Below are positions 28,714 through 38,423 of a stretch of 64,000 nt of DNA, piece after piece. Numbering within the stretch: the stretch's first letter is position 1; each line of letters starts with the position of its first letter. Under the pieces are notes generated by a model. It ran no database searches, was not told the origin of the DNA, and was given only the letters and a program-made list of their open reading frames with translations. The DNA is from an uncultured Chloroflexia bacterium. GTDB lineage: Bacteria > Chloroflexota > Dehalococcoidia > UBA2979. Position numbers and translations under genes: made by a program. The stretch covers positions 704,001 to 768,000 of the forward strand of contig CAVSIV010000006.1 of NCBI GenBank assembly GCA_963728205.1, given 5' to 3'.

Positions 28714-31236
28714 GTGACCCCGCTGCGCGGCATCATCGGCCGCATCTCCGGGCGCCGCCCGGCCGACGCGAACACGACCGGCGGCGGCGCCGCGACCCCT
28801 TCCGCGCCCGCCCGCACCCCCAGCACCCAGCCCCGCGCCGAGGCAGGCTCCGACCGCTCCGGCTCATCAGCACGACAGGGACCCGACACGAATTCGAACA
28901 CGCAGGAACGCCCGGCCGCTTCGCGCAGCCGTGGCTCGCGCGGCGGCCGCGGACGCGGCGGCCGCGGCAAGAACACGTCCACCGAGAACACGACCACGAC
29001 GACGCAGGCGCCGCAGGCCGCGCCTGAGCCGAAGGCCGCCGCCGCGAAGCCGGCCGCGTACTCGTGGGGCAAGAAGGCCAGCGACGACGAGTCGGCCCGG
29101 CAGGTGCTCGAGGAGCGCCGCCGCGACCGCAATCGCCGTCGCGGCCGCTACCGCCCGCCCGGGAAGCTCGAGGCGCCGCTCCCCGAGGACGTAGCGTTCC
29201 GGTCGGCCGACGAGGGCGGCGACCGCTCGATCCTCCCCGCCCGCCGCCGCCGCCCCAAGGGGCTGCGCACGACCGAGCGCGTGCTCGTCGGCGGCGCGCG
29301 CATGCTGACCGGATTCGTCAGTCGGCCCTTCAACACCGGCGACCTCACGCCGCACCCGCTCGAGGCCGGCGCGCACGCCGCCGACCGCTCGACACCCCCC
29401 GGGGCCGGGGCTGCGGTTGACGCGGAGGCCGACGTCGACGCGACGCTCGAGGCGGACGTCGATACGACGATTGCCGGCGAGCCGGACATGGACGCGAAGG
29501 CCGTCGCGGCGCGCGAGCTCGCGGCCGCGTCGTCCGCGGACACCGGCGACGGCGCGGCGGCGACGCGCAAGCGTCGTCGCGGTCGGCGCGGCGGACGCGG
29601 GCGGCGACGCCCGGAGCAGAACGGCGCCACGGCCGCCGGCGCGCACGACGAGCACGACGAGCACGACGAGCGCGTCGCGGAGGCCGACGTCGCGGCCCAG
29701 ACCGAGGTGGCCGAACCGGCCCAGACCGAGGTGGTGGCCGCGTCGGCCCAGGCCGAGCCCGAGCCGACGCGGACCCCGCGCAGCGCCGAGACCACCCTCG
29801 TGCAGCCGACCCCCGCCGAGGAGACCACCGTCGAGGAGACCCCGGCGCCGGCGCGTCGCACGCGGCGTCGCCCCGCCGCGACCGATGATCGCGCGACGAG
29901 CGACCGCTCGACCGACACGGCGGCCGCGGCAGACGCGGATGCCGGAGCCGCCGCCTCCGCGGCGGAGGCGAACGCCAACGCCAACGCCGACGCCAATCGC
30001 GCGTCCGCAGCCGACGCCGGTACGGCGGTCGCGGAGCCGACCACGTCCCGCGGCACGCGCCGCTCGTCGTCGTCGGGCAGGCGCACCGCCCCCGCGGCGG
30101 CGATCGCGGACGCCGACCTGCCGGCCGCCTTCTCGGCGCTCGGCCTCGCCCGGCCGACGCTCGAGCTGCTCGCCGGCTACGGCTTCGGCGTGCCGACGCC
30201 GATCCAGGAGCGCGCCGTCCCCGAGCTGCTCAACGGCCGCGACGTCGTCGGCATCGCCCAGACCGGCAGCGGCAAGACGATCGCGTTCGGCGCGCCGATG
30301 GTCGAGCGGCTCGACCCGGACCTGCGCGCCGTGCAGGCGATCGTGCTCGTGCCGACGCGCGAGCTGGCGCAGCAGGTGCTCGAGGTGATCGCCAACCTCG
30401 GCGCGCCGTACGGCCTCGAGGCAGTCGGCCTGCTCGGCGGGCGCTCCCTCGATCGCGACTTCAAGGCGCTGGAGCGCAACCCGCACATCGTCGTCGGCAC
30501 GCCCGGCCGCATCATCGACCACCTCGGCCGGCGCACGCTGTCGCTCCGGCAGGTGCGCTACGCGGTGCTCGACGAGGCAGACCAGATGCTCGACATCGGC
30601 TTCATGCCCGACATCCGCCGCATCCTCGGCCGCACCCCGCGCGCCCGGCAGACGGCGCTGTTCTCGGCGACGATGCCGACGTCGATTCAGCGGCTCGTCT
30701 ACCAGTTCATGCACGACCCGGTCACCTGCTCGGTCGACCCCGAGCTCAGCACCGTCGAGTCGGTTCAGCAGATCTATTACGAGGTCGCGTCGCGCGACAA
30801 GGTGCGCGGCCTCAAGGAGCTGGTGGAGCGCGAGCTCAAGGGGCGCACGCTCGTCTTCTGCAAGATGAAGCGCGGCGTCGACCGCGTGGCGCAGCGGCTC
30901 GACGACGCCGGCGTGCGCGTCGGCGCCCTGCACGGCGACATGGACCAGTCGCGCCGCGACCACGTCGTGCGGGATTTCCGCGAGGGCAAGCTCGACATCC
31001 TGATCGCGACGAACGTCGCCGCGCGCGGCCTCGACATCCCCGAGATCACGCACGTCGTGAATTTCGACTTCCCGCAGAACCTCGAGGAGTACGTGCACCG
31101 CATCGGCCGCACCGGCCGCGCCGGTCGCGACGGCAAGGCGATCACGTTCGTCTGCGAGGACGACCTCGATGCGCTCGTGGAGCTGCAGTCCGAGTTCGGC
31201 GACCGACTCACCACCGAGCGACTCGAGCTGTACTAA
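28714..31236 (+). CDS. DEAD-box RNA helicase with a long disordered N-terminal extension
   Basis: Q motif PTPIQ, AQTGSGKT, PTRELA, TPGR, DEAD, SAT, ARGLD, HRIGRTGRAG; start uncertain (GTG 28714 has GGAG; ATG 28645 is an alternative). Confidence 0.9.
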   Translation: MTPLRGIIGRISGRRPADANTTGGGAATPSAPARTPSTQPRAEAGSDRSGSSARQGPDTNSNTQERPAASRSRGSRGGRGRGGRGKNTSTENTTTTTQAPQAAPEPKAAAAKPAAYSWGKKASDDESARQVLEERRRDRNRRRGRYRPPGKLEAPLPEDVAFRSADEGGDRSILPARRRRPKGLRTTERVLVGGARMLTGFVSRPFNTGDLTPHPLEAGAHAADRSTPPGAGAAVDAEADVDATLEADVDTTIAGEPDMDAKAVAARELAAASSADTGDGAAATRKRRRGRRGGRGRRRPEQNGATAAGAHDEHDEHDERVAEADVAAQTEVAEPAQTEVVAASAQAEPEPTRTPRSAETTLVQPTPAEETTVEETPAPARRTRRRPAATDDRATSDRSTDTAAAADADAGAAASAAEANANANADANRASAADAGTAVAEPTTSRGTRRSSSSGRRTAPAAAIADADLPAAFSALGLARPTLELLAGYGFGVPTPIQERAVPELLNGRDVVGIAQTGSGKTIAFGAPMVERLDPDLRAVQAIVLVPTRELAQQVLEVIANLGAPYGLEAVGLLGGRSLDRDFKALERNPHIVVGTPGRIIDHLGRRTLSLRQVRYAVLDEADQMLDIGFMPDIRRILGRTPRARQTALFSATMPTSIQRLVYQFMHDPVTCSVDPELSTVESVQQIYYEVASRDKVRGLKELVERELKGRTLVFCKMKRGVDRVAQRLDDAGVRVGALHGDMDQSRRDHVVRDFREGKLDILIATNVAARGLDIPEITHVVNFDFPQNLEEYVHRIGRTGRAGRDGKAITFVCEDDLDALVELQSEFGDRLTTERLELY

Positions 31237-31335
31237 GCGGCGGCAGACACGCCGCCGATATCACCGCGGCCCACGGGCCGCGTCCCGCGGCGGGCACGGC
31301 CCGCCGCTACATCGGCGGCGTGTCTGCCGCCGCTT
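31235..31335. repeat. REP/REPIN-like element, copy 8
   Basis: AAGCGGCGGCAGACACGCCGCCGAT ... ATCGGCGGCGTGTCTGCCGCCGCTT. Confidence 0.9.
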
Positions 31336-31396
31336 GCCGCTTGCCGCTTGCCGCTTGCCGCTTGCCGCTTGCCGCTTGCCGCTTGCCGCTTGCCGC
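31329..31396. repeat. heptanucleotide microsatellite (GCCGCTT)9 plus a partial unit
   Basis: nine perfect units at 31329-31391; the first unit is the end of the REP arm. Confidence 0.95.
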
Positions 31397-31419
31397 GTGT
31401 CGCGCATCGCCGCGCCCGG

Positions 31420-32400
31420 CTAGTCGCCCGCCGGCACCCCCGCCGACACCGCGGCGCGGATGAACGCGTTCGCCCGCGCGTTCGCCTCGCGGGCGATCGT
31501 GAGCGGCATGCCGACGAACCCGTGGATGCCGCCGGGGTACACCGCCAGCTCCGCCTCGTTTCCCGTCGCACGCCACCGCTCGTACATGAACAGCGTGTCG
31601 TCGAGCAGCGGGTCCTCGGTGCCGACCGTGAACAGCGCCGGTGGCATGTCGTGCAGGCGCGCGAACAGCGGCGAGACGTCGGGGTCGCGCCGGTCGCGGT
31701 CGGGGCCGAGGTAGTGGTCGTAGAACCACGCCATCGTCGCGGTCGGGATCAGCAGGCCGTCGGTGCGGAAGCGCTGGCTCGGCGTCATCGACAGGTCGTA
31801 GACGCCGAAGACGAGGTTCGCGGCGGCGAAGCCGGTGAAGGCGTGGCGGTCGCGCATGCGCAGCAGCGTCGCGGCGGCGAGGTGCCCGCCGGCGGAGCCG
31901 CCGCCGATCACGAGCCGGTCGGTGCCGAACTCCGCGCTCGCGTGCTCCACGAGCCAGGTCGCCGCGGCCTCGCAATCGTCGTTGCCGGCCGGATACGCGT
32001 GCTCGGGCGCGAGCCGGTATTCGACGCTGATCACCGCGACGTTCGCCGTGGTGGCGGCCTCCCACAGCGAGACGTCCTGGCCGTCCGCCGCGCCGAGCAC
32101 CCAGCCGCCGCCGTGAATGTAGAGGTAGACGCCGTCGACGCGGTCGGGCACCAGGAGCCGCACCGGAACGCGCAGCCCGTTCGCCTCGATGGTGCGCTGT
32201 TGCGCCTGCTCGAGCCGCACGAGCGGCCCGCTGACCGCGCTCCCCTTCTCGCGTGCCGCGCGGATGGCAGCGGGCTGCTGGGTGTGCGTCGGCGGCGCCT
32301 GCGCGAGCAGCTCCGCCACGCGCGCGTTGAAGGCGCGCGTCTCCTCGCTGACGGCCGTTGGCAGGAAGACGGCGGGATCGACATCGCGGCGGTCGGACAT
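31420..32400 (-). CDS. HSL-family alpha/beta hydrolase (esterase)
   Basis: HGGGW, YRLAPEH, GGSAGG, DPLLDD, HGF; GGAGG RBS. Confidence 0.92.
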   Translation of the reverse strand: MSDRRDVDPAVFLPTAVSEETRAFNARVAELLAQAPPTHTQQPAAIRAAREKGSAVSGPLVRLEQAQQRTIEANGLRVPVRLLVPDRVDGVYLYIHGGGWVLGAADGQDVSLWEAATTANVAVISVEYRLAPEHAYPAGNDDCEAAATWLVEHASAEFGTDRLVIGGGSAGGHLAAATLLRMRDRHAFTGFAAANLVFGVYDLSMTPSQRFRTDGLLIPTATMAWFYDHYLGPDRDRRDPDVSPLFARLHDMPPALFTVGTEDPLLDDTLFMYERWRATGNEAELAVYPGGIHGFVGMPLTIAREANARANAFIRAAVSAGVPAGD

Positions 32401-32696
32401 GCTGTGGCCTCCCCTCGGAGCGCGCGCTGGACGGGCCGCATGGTAGCCGCCCCCGCAACGCGGCGAGCAGCAGTCGTCAGGCTGCTATTTCCAGGGGCGT
32501 CGACCGCCGTCGCCGCTTCGCCGCCGATCCGCCGCGCACGACGCGGAGGTCCGGGCGTTCCGGTCGCCGCGCTCTCCCCGAACACCGGGGGCTCACGCGG
32601 CCCGGCTCGCCGCCGGCGCCCCCCGGTCGCCTCTGGCGTGCGCCCGGGGCCGCCCGCATACTCACCGCATCACGAGCACGGGGCGAGGGGGCAGCG

Positions 32697-33692
32697 GTGC
32701 GACGGATCTCCATCGGCATCAACTGGCAGGGCGACTTCAACCTGGACGACGTCGTCCAGCAGGCGAAGGTCGCCGACGACGCGGGGGTCGACTCCCTCTT
32801 CGTCGCCGAGGCCTGGGGCCGCGACGCCTTCAGCATCCTCGCCGTGCTCGCCCGCGAGACCCACAACATCAAGCTCGGCACGAGCATCGTGAACATCTAC
32901 TCGCGCAGCGCAGCCGCGATCGCGCAGCACTTCGCGACGCTCGACGAGATGTCGCAGGGCCGCATGATCATCGGGCTCGGCAGCTCCGGCCCGAACGTGA
33001 TCGAGCACTTCCACGGCGTGAAGTTCGAGAAGCCCCTCACGCGCGTGAAGGAGTACGTCGACGTCATCAACATGCTGATGGCCGAGGAGCCCCTCAATTA
33101 CAGGGGCAAGATCTACGATCTGCAGCGCGGCTTCACGCTCCGCTTCAAGCCGTTCCGGCCGCACATCCCGATCTTCCTCGCGTCGATCACGCCGAAGTCG
33201 CTGCAGCAGACGGCGGCCATCGCCGACGGCTGGTTCCCGATCTTCATCCCGAAGGCGCAGTGGAAGCCGCAGCTGGACGCCTTCCGCGGCTACGTGCGCG
33301 ACGCCGGCCGCAACCCGGACGACGTGATCGTGCGCAACCCCAACGGCGTCACGGTGACCGACAAGCCCGAGCGCGCGCGGGAGGCCACGGCGGCCGGCGC
33401 GTCGTTCTACATCGCGCGCATGGGCGACTTCTACTACGAGCACTTCGTGCGCATGGGCTACGCCGACGAGGCGAACGCGGTGCGCAAGGCGTGGGCCGAG
33501 GGCGGCTCCACCGCCGGCGCGGCCGCGCTCCCCGAGGACCTCGTGGACGAACTCGGCACCGCCGGCTCGGTCGAGGAGTGCATCGACGCGATGGAGCAGG
33601 CCGAGGCGGCCGGCTTCCAGATGCACTCGGTCGGCGTGGCGGAGCGCGACCCGAAGAAGCGCGGGGAGATCTACCGGCAGCTCGTGGGGTAG
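32697..33692 (+). CDS. LLM class (flavin/F420-dependent) oxidoreductase
   Basis: AEAWGRDAF, IKLGTSIVNIYSR, TLDEMSQGRMIIGLG, ADGWFP. Confidence 0.9.
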   Translation: MRRISIGINWQGDFNLDDVVQQAKVADDAGVDSLFVAEAWGRDAFSILAVLARETHNIKLGTSIVNIYSRSAAAIAQHFATLDEMSQGRMIIGLGSSGPNVIEHFHGVKFEKPLTRVKEYVDVINMLMAEEPLNYRGKIYDLQRGFTLRFKPFRPHIPIFLASITPKSLQQTAAIADGWFPIFIPKAQWKPQLDAFRGYVRDAGRNPDDVIVRNPNGVTVTDKPERAREATAAGASFYIARMGDFYYEHFVRMGYADEANAVRKAWAEGGSTAGAAALPEDLVDELGTAGSVEECIDAMEQAEAAGFQMHSVGVAERDPKKRGEIYRQLVG

Positions 33693-34217
33693 CCGAGAGC
33701 GCGTCCCGCCGCCCGTGCCGCCCGTCCGCGGGCCGCGGCGACGGCCCGCCGTGCGGTCCGCGGCGGTGCCACCGCGCCGCGACGTCGACCAGACGCTCGC
33801 CGGCGGCGCTGAGTCGCGCGGTGCGACGCCTCTCTACGGGCGACGTGCGCCCGTCGCCGCGGGCTGAGGCTGCGGGCGCCGTCCAACGATTCCCACGTCA
33901 GCGGTGGCGTCGCGACGACGATCCGATCCACTCCCCGACGGCGAACGCGGCGCCGAGCGCCGCGCCTGAGCGTCTCGGGTGCCGCAATAGCCTCGTGACA
34001 TCACTGGACAGCAGCGACACGCGCCTGTGATCGCTCCACGCGTACGGTATCGCGGGAACCCCGAACGTCACGCGGGGCGCCGCGGTCAGACGCAGCGTGC
34101 CCTTCCCGGAGAAGCAGCGCACAAGCCGCGATGGCCCGCACGGACACGAGCGGCGCCGGTCGTCCCACCGACTTGCAGGCGCCGATCACAACGGAGCAGC
34201 AGTGAAGGAGCAGTCGA

Positions 34218-34631
34218 ATGGCAGACGGGCAGAGCGGCGGACAGCCGTCGGCGACCGAGGAGGCACGCGTCCAGGCGGAGCGCACCCGCGAGCAGGCCGA
34301 GGATCTGGCCTCGCGCGCGAGCGAGCGCGCGGCGCAGGTGGGTGAGCAGGCACGCGCAACGCTCGAGGAACAGAGCGAGCGCGGTCGCGAGCGCGTGGCC
34401 GAGAACATGGACCAGATCGCGGACCGCCTGCGCGGGCAGGGTGACGGCGGACCGACCGGCAAGGTGACTGACCGCGCAGCCGAGGGCATCGAGCGCACCG
34501 CCGGGTATCTGCGCGAGCGGGACGCCGGCGAGATGCTCTCCGGCTTCGAGGGGTACGTGCGGAAGCATCCGCTCCAGGGCGTCGCCGTCGCCGTCGCCGC
34601 CGGCTTCCTCGTTGCGCGAATGCTGCGCTAG
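34218..34631 (+). CDS. ElaB/YqjD-like tail-anchored stress protein
   Basis: AAGGAG RBS; charged helical repeats followed by YVRKHPLQGVAVAVAAGFLVARML. Confidence 0.7.
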   Translation: MADGQSGGQPSATEEARVQAERTREQAEDLASRASERAAQVGEQARATLEEQSERGRERVAENMDQIADRLRGQGDGGPTGKVTDRAAEGIERTAGYLRERDAGEMLSGFEGYVRKHPLQGVAVAVAAGFLVARMLR

Positions 34632-34648
34632 ACGGAGGGGGGAGTGAC

Positions 34649-35110
34649 ATGAACGAAGCAGGAACGCGACCCCTTCGCGAAGACCTGCATCGCGGACAGT
34701 CCGAGGTACGCGGAATCGGCAAGGAGACGTCGGAGCTCGCGGCGGACTTCGCCGAGCTCATCCGGCTGGAGCTCGAGCTGGCGAAGAGCGAGCTCGGGCA
34801 AATCGGCAGCAGGGCGGCACGCGGCGCCACGTGGGGCGCCATCGCCGGCGGGACGGGATTCTGGATGGCCGGGTTCCTCGGCCTCGCGGCGATGTTCGCG
34901 CTCGCAATCGTGATCCCGCTCTGGGCGGCTGCCCTCGTGACGGCCGCCGGCTGGGGCATGGTCGCCCTGCCGGCCGCGGCCATCGCGTACGGGCGCATCC
35001 GCCAGGCCACGAGCAAGCCGGAACGCACGATCGCAACGCTGAAAGAGGATCTCGAATGGGCTCGACACCTGGCGACACGGAGCAACGGATCCGATGGCAA
35101 CGGGACGTAA
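34649..35110 (+). CDS. YqjE/YhjD-like 2-TM protein (phage holin family)
   Basis: ELIRLELELAKSEL, two TM segments, PLWAAALV, PERTIATLKED. Confidence 0.8.
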   Translation: MNEAGTRPLREDLHRGQSEVRGIGKETSELAADFAELIRLELELAKSELGQIGSRAARGATWGAIAGGTGFWMAGFLGLAAMFALAIVIPLWAAALVTAAGWGMVALPAAAIAYGRIRQATSKPERTIATLKEDLEWARHLATRSNGSDGNGT

Positions 35111-35463
35111 TCGCGCGCAAGGTCGACCAACTCGAGCAGCGCGCCGAGTCGGACATCAAGCGGGCGCGCCGCCGTGCGGCGTTCCGCGCGACCCACGTGG
35201 CGGACCTGGTCCCCGGCGTCCCGGCGATCGCCCGCGCCGCCCGCGAGCGCCCGCTGCAGGTGCTCGGCGGATCGGTGGCGGCCGGGTTCGCGGTCGGCTG
35301 GTTGACCGGTCACTCGAACGACGGTGACGCGCGTCGCCCGGCGGCCATCGAGTCGCGGTCCTCGGACCATGGCACGGGCCGCGGGTGGCTCTCCCTGGCG
35401 CCGCTGGGGCTGGCCGGTGCGCTCGTCATCCTGTCGCTGGCGCGCCGGTACCGGTCCGAGTAG
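35056..35463 (+). CDS. DUF3618-like hypothetical membrane protein
   Basis: MGSTPGDTEQRIRWQRDVIARKVDQL...ERPLQVLGGSVAAGFAVGWL; third gene of a typical triad. Confidence 0.6.
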   Translation: MGSTPGDTEQRIRWQRDVIARKVDQLEQRAESDIKRARRRAAFRATHVADLVPGVPAIARAARERPLQVLGGSVAAGFAVGWLTGHSNDGDARRPAAIESRSSDHGTGRGWLSLAPLGLAGALVILSLARRYRSE

Positions 35464-35508
35464 GGAACGGCCCGCGCGCCGGCACGCGGCGAGCCGAGCC
35501 GGCCCCCT

Positions 35509-37215
35509 CTACACCGCGTCCACCTCGGCCGGCTCTTCCTCCTCGCGCCCGCGGCGCAGCCGCCCCAGCGCGTCCCCGAGGAAGTCGCCGACGTTGCGCA
35601 GCACCGAGGCGCCCGGCCGCCGCTCGCGGCCCAGCCGTCGCACGCGCTGCTCGCGGCGACGGCGTCGCGCCGATCCGCGGCCGTGCATCGCCTCCGCCAG
35701 CGCCCGGCGCAACGCCGGCGCCAGCAACCGCGCGGCGCCCTGCGCATCCGCCTGGGCACCCCCCGCGGGCTCCGCGACGATCAGGTCGATGGCGCCGAGC
35801 TCCAGCAGGTCGCGCGCCGCGACGCCGAGCGCCTCCGCCACTTCCGGCGCGCGCTCGCGATCGCGGAAGAGGATCGCCGCGGCGCCCTCCGGCGACGTGA
35901 TCGCGTACATCGCGTTCTGCTGCATCAGGATGCGGTCCGCGACCGTCAGCGCCAGCGCGCCGCCCGACCCGCCCTCGCCGATCACGACCGACACCGTCGG
36001 CGTCGTCAGCGACGCCATCGTCGCCAGGCAGTCCGAGATCGCGCCGGCGAGACCGGCCGCCTCGTCCGCGATGCCGTCGTGCGCTCCCGGCGTGTCGACG
36101 AGCGTCACCAGCGGCAGCTCCAGCCGCTCGGCGAGCAGCATCAGCCGGCGCGCCTTGCGGTAGCCCGCCGCCGACATCCGCCCGTCGTGCCGCGCGCCCG
36201 CGAGGTCGAGGTCGCCGCGCTCCTGCCCCAGGATGACGACGTTCGTGTCCCCGATGCGCCCGAGCCCGCCGACCAGCGCGGGGTCGTCCTCGCCGGCCCG
36301 GTCGCCGAGCAGCGGGACGAAGTCCGACGTCAGCCGGTCGATGTACTGCATCGCGCGCGGCCGCCCCGGGTCGCGCGCCCGCTCCACGACCGACCAGCCG
36401 CCGTCGAGGTCGCGCACCTCGACCGGCGGCGGCAGCAGGTCGGGGTCGGGCGGCGCCGGGCGGCGCAGCAGCGTCGCGATGCGGATCAGGTAGTCGCGGA
36501 TCGCGACGCGCGGCAGCACCGCGTCGACCTGCCCGGCCGCGAGCAGGTCCTCCGCGCGCAGCGCCTCGCGCGACTCGCCGGCGTCGTGCACGGCGCGCAC
36601 GCGTGGCCCGGCGAAGCCAATCAGCGCGCCCTGCTCGGCGATGATGACGTCGGCCTGCGTGGCGTACGACGCGTAGACGCCACCCGTGGTCGGGTCGGCC
36701 AGCATCGAGATCATCGGCACGCCGGCCTCGTGCAGGCGCGCGGCCGCCGCGGCGGTCTTCGACATCTGGAACAGCGCGACGATGCCCTCCTGCATGCGCG
36801 CGCCGCCCGAGCACGTCACCGCGATGAACGGCAGGTCGGCATCGCGCGCGCGGTCCATGGCGGTCGCGACGCGCTCGCCGACGGCGTAGCCCATCGACCC
36901 GCCGATGAATCGGAAGTCGCTGACGGCGGCGACGACGTTGATCCCGCCGATGCGCGCCGTGCCGGTGACCACGGCCTCCTCGCCGCCGCTCTTGCGCCGT
37001 GCCTCCTCGAGCCGCTCGGGATACGGCCGCGAGTCGGCGAAGTGGAGTGGGTCGGGGGTCTCGGTGCCGGAGAACTGCTCGTCGAACGAGCCGGCGTCGA
37101 AGAGCAGCGCGATCCACTCGCGCGCGGCGATCGGCTCGAGCGCCGCGGGCGGTGCGCCGGCGGCGGTGTTCGCCCCGGTCGTCTCGGGCGTGGGCATGGA
37201 CGTGGGGTCTGGCAT
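35509..37215 (-). CDS. fused acetyl-CoA carboxylase carboxyltransferase beta/alpha (AccD-AccA)
   Basis: beta part DFRFIGGSMG, SGGARMQEG, PTTGGV, IGFAGPRV; alpha part GYRKARR, VDTPGA, IGEGGSGGALA, SPEGAAAIL; start uncertain. Confidence 0.88.
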   Translation of the reverse strand: MPDPTSMPTPETTGANTAAGAPPAALEPIAAREWIALLFDAGSFDEQFSGTETPDPLHFADSRPYPERLEEARRKSGGEEAVVTGTARIGGINVVAAVSDFRFIGGSMGYAVGERVATAMDRARDADLPFIAVTCSGGARMQEGIVALFQMSKTAAAAARLHEAGVPMISMLADPTTGGVYASYATQADVIIAEQGALIGFAGPRVRAVHDAGESREALRAEDLLAAGQVDAVLPRVAIRDYLIRIATLLRRPAPPDPDLLPPPVEVRDLDGGWSVVERARDPGRPRAMQYIDRLTSDFVPLLGDRAGEDDPALVGGLGRIGDTNVVILGQERGDLDLAGARHDGRMSAAGYRKARRLMLLAERLELPLVTLVDTPGAHDGIADEAAGLAGAISDCLATMASLTTPTVSVVIGEGGSGGALALTVADRILMQQNAMYAITSPEGAAAILFRDRERAPEVAEALGVAARDLLELGAIDLIVAEPAGGAQADAQGAARLLAPALRRALAEAMHGRGSARRRRREQRVRRLGRERRPGASVLRNVGDFLGDALGRLRRGREEEEPAEVDAV

Positions 37216-37306
37216 GGGCCGCTCCGGTGCTGCTGCTGACGAATCCAGATTCATTCTAGATGCAGCGTCGCGGCTGCCTGCAGGGGGTGGACCCGCCGGG
37301 GTCACG

Positions 37307-37473
37307 CGGCGGCACTGGCGCCCCGCCGCGGCGGCGGAGACGCCGCCGATCTGTCGGCGGCACTGGCGCCCCGCCGCGGCGGCGGAGACGCCGCCGATCT
37401 GTCGGCGGCACTGGCGCCCCGCCGCGGCGGCGGAGACGCCGCCGCTCTGTCGGCGGCATGTCTGCCGCCGCTT
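37307..37473. repeat. three tandem 48-bp units ending in a REP arm (copy 9)
   Basis: CGGCGGCACTGGCGCCCCGCCGCGGCGGCGGAGACGCCGCCGATCTGT at 37307, 37355 and 37403, then CGGCGGCATGTCTGCCGCCGCTT. Confidence 0.92.
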
Positions 37474-38323
37474 AGAAGAAGCGCCGCAGCGCTGACACCG
37501 TCACGTCGAGCTGATCGTGGTGCACCCAGTGGCCGGCGTCCGCGACGATCTGCGTGCGCGAGTCGCGGAAGTACTCGTCGAGCGGCTTTCCCTCGTAGCG
37601 GTCGCGGTGGAACGGCGACTCGGTGCCGGCGAGGTGCAGCACCGGGCACTCCACCGCCGCGAAGATGCGCGCCATGTCCTCCGCGGCAATCTCGACCGGC
37701 GAGCGGCCGCGCACCCACGCGTCGAACTTCCACACGTAGCCGCCATCGATCCCGAGCGTCCCCCAGCGCGCGAGATGCATCGCCATCTCGGGGGTGAGAT
37801 GCGGGTTCGCCTCGTGCATGCGGTCGCGCGCCTCGTCAATCGTCGGGTAGACGCGCGGCGTCTGGTGCTCGTACGAGCGCGTGCGCTGCGCCCACTCGCG
37901 GAACCGCTCGGGCGTGACGCGCTCGTCGTGCTCCATGCGCGCACCGGCGCCCTCGATGGAGACGACGCGCTCGAACATCGAGGGGAACGTGCCTGCGGTG
38001 AGCAACGCGATGGCGCCGCCGAACGAGTGGCCGACGACCGTCGCCCGCCCGCCGACCAGCTCGATCAGCGCGACGAGGTCGAGCGCATGCTCGGCGAGCG
38101 AGTACAGGCTGCCGGTCGCGTGCTGCGAGTCGCCGTGGCCCCGCAGATCGCACGCGATCACGTGGTAGTCGTCGCGAAAGGCCTCCGCGACGCGATCCCA
38201 CGACCGCGAGTGGTCGCGACCACCGTGCACCAGGATCAGCGGCGGATGCTCGGCATCCCCCCACGTCCAGTAGGAGAGCCGCAGCCGCTGCGACTGGTAG
38301 TAGTGCTGCCACGGTTCGGGCAC
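37472..38323 (-). CDS. alpha/beta fold hydrolase
   Basis: VHGGRDH, DLRGHGDS, GHSFGG, AGHWVHHD; GAGGAG RBS. Confidence 0.9.
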   Translation of the reverse strand: MPEPWQHYYQSQRLRLSYWTWGDAEHPPLILVHGGRDHSRSWDRVAEAFRDDYHVIACDLRGHGDSQHATGSLYSLAEHALDLVALIELVGGRATVVGHSFGGAIALLTAGTFPSMFERVVSIEGAGARMEHDERVTPERFREWAQRTRSYEHQTPRVYPTIDEARDRMHEANPHLTPEMAMHLARWGTLGIDGGYVWKFDAWVRGRSPVEIAAEDMARIFAAVECPVLHLAGTESPFHRDRYEGKPLDEYFRDSRTQIVADAGHWVHHDQLDVTVSALRRFF

Positions 38324-38423
38324 AGACGCTCCTCGCACTGCACGGCCCGTGGGAGTCGCTCTCGTTGCACTCCCGGCGCCGCCCGGCTTGACGCGCGCGA
38401 TCGGCCGTCCCTACCGTCGGCGC

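Noticed and set aside
37307-37473. Mini-CRISPR with 48-bp period
   Set aside because: The whole unit is repeated, so there is no variable spacer.
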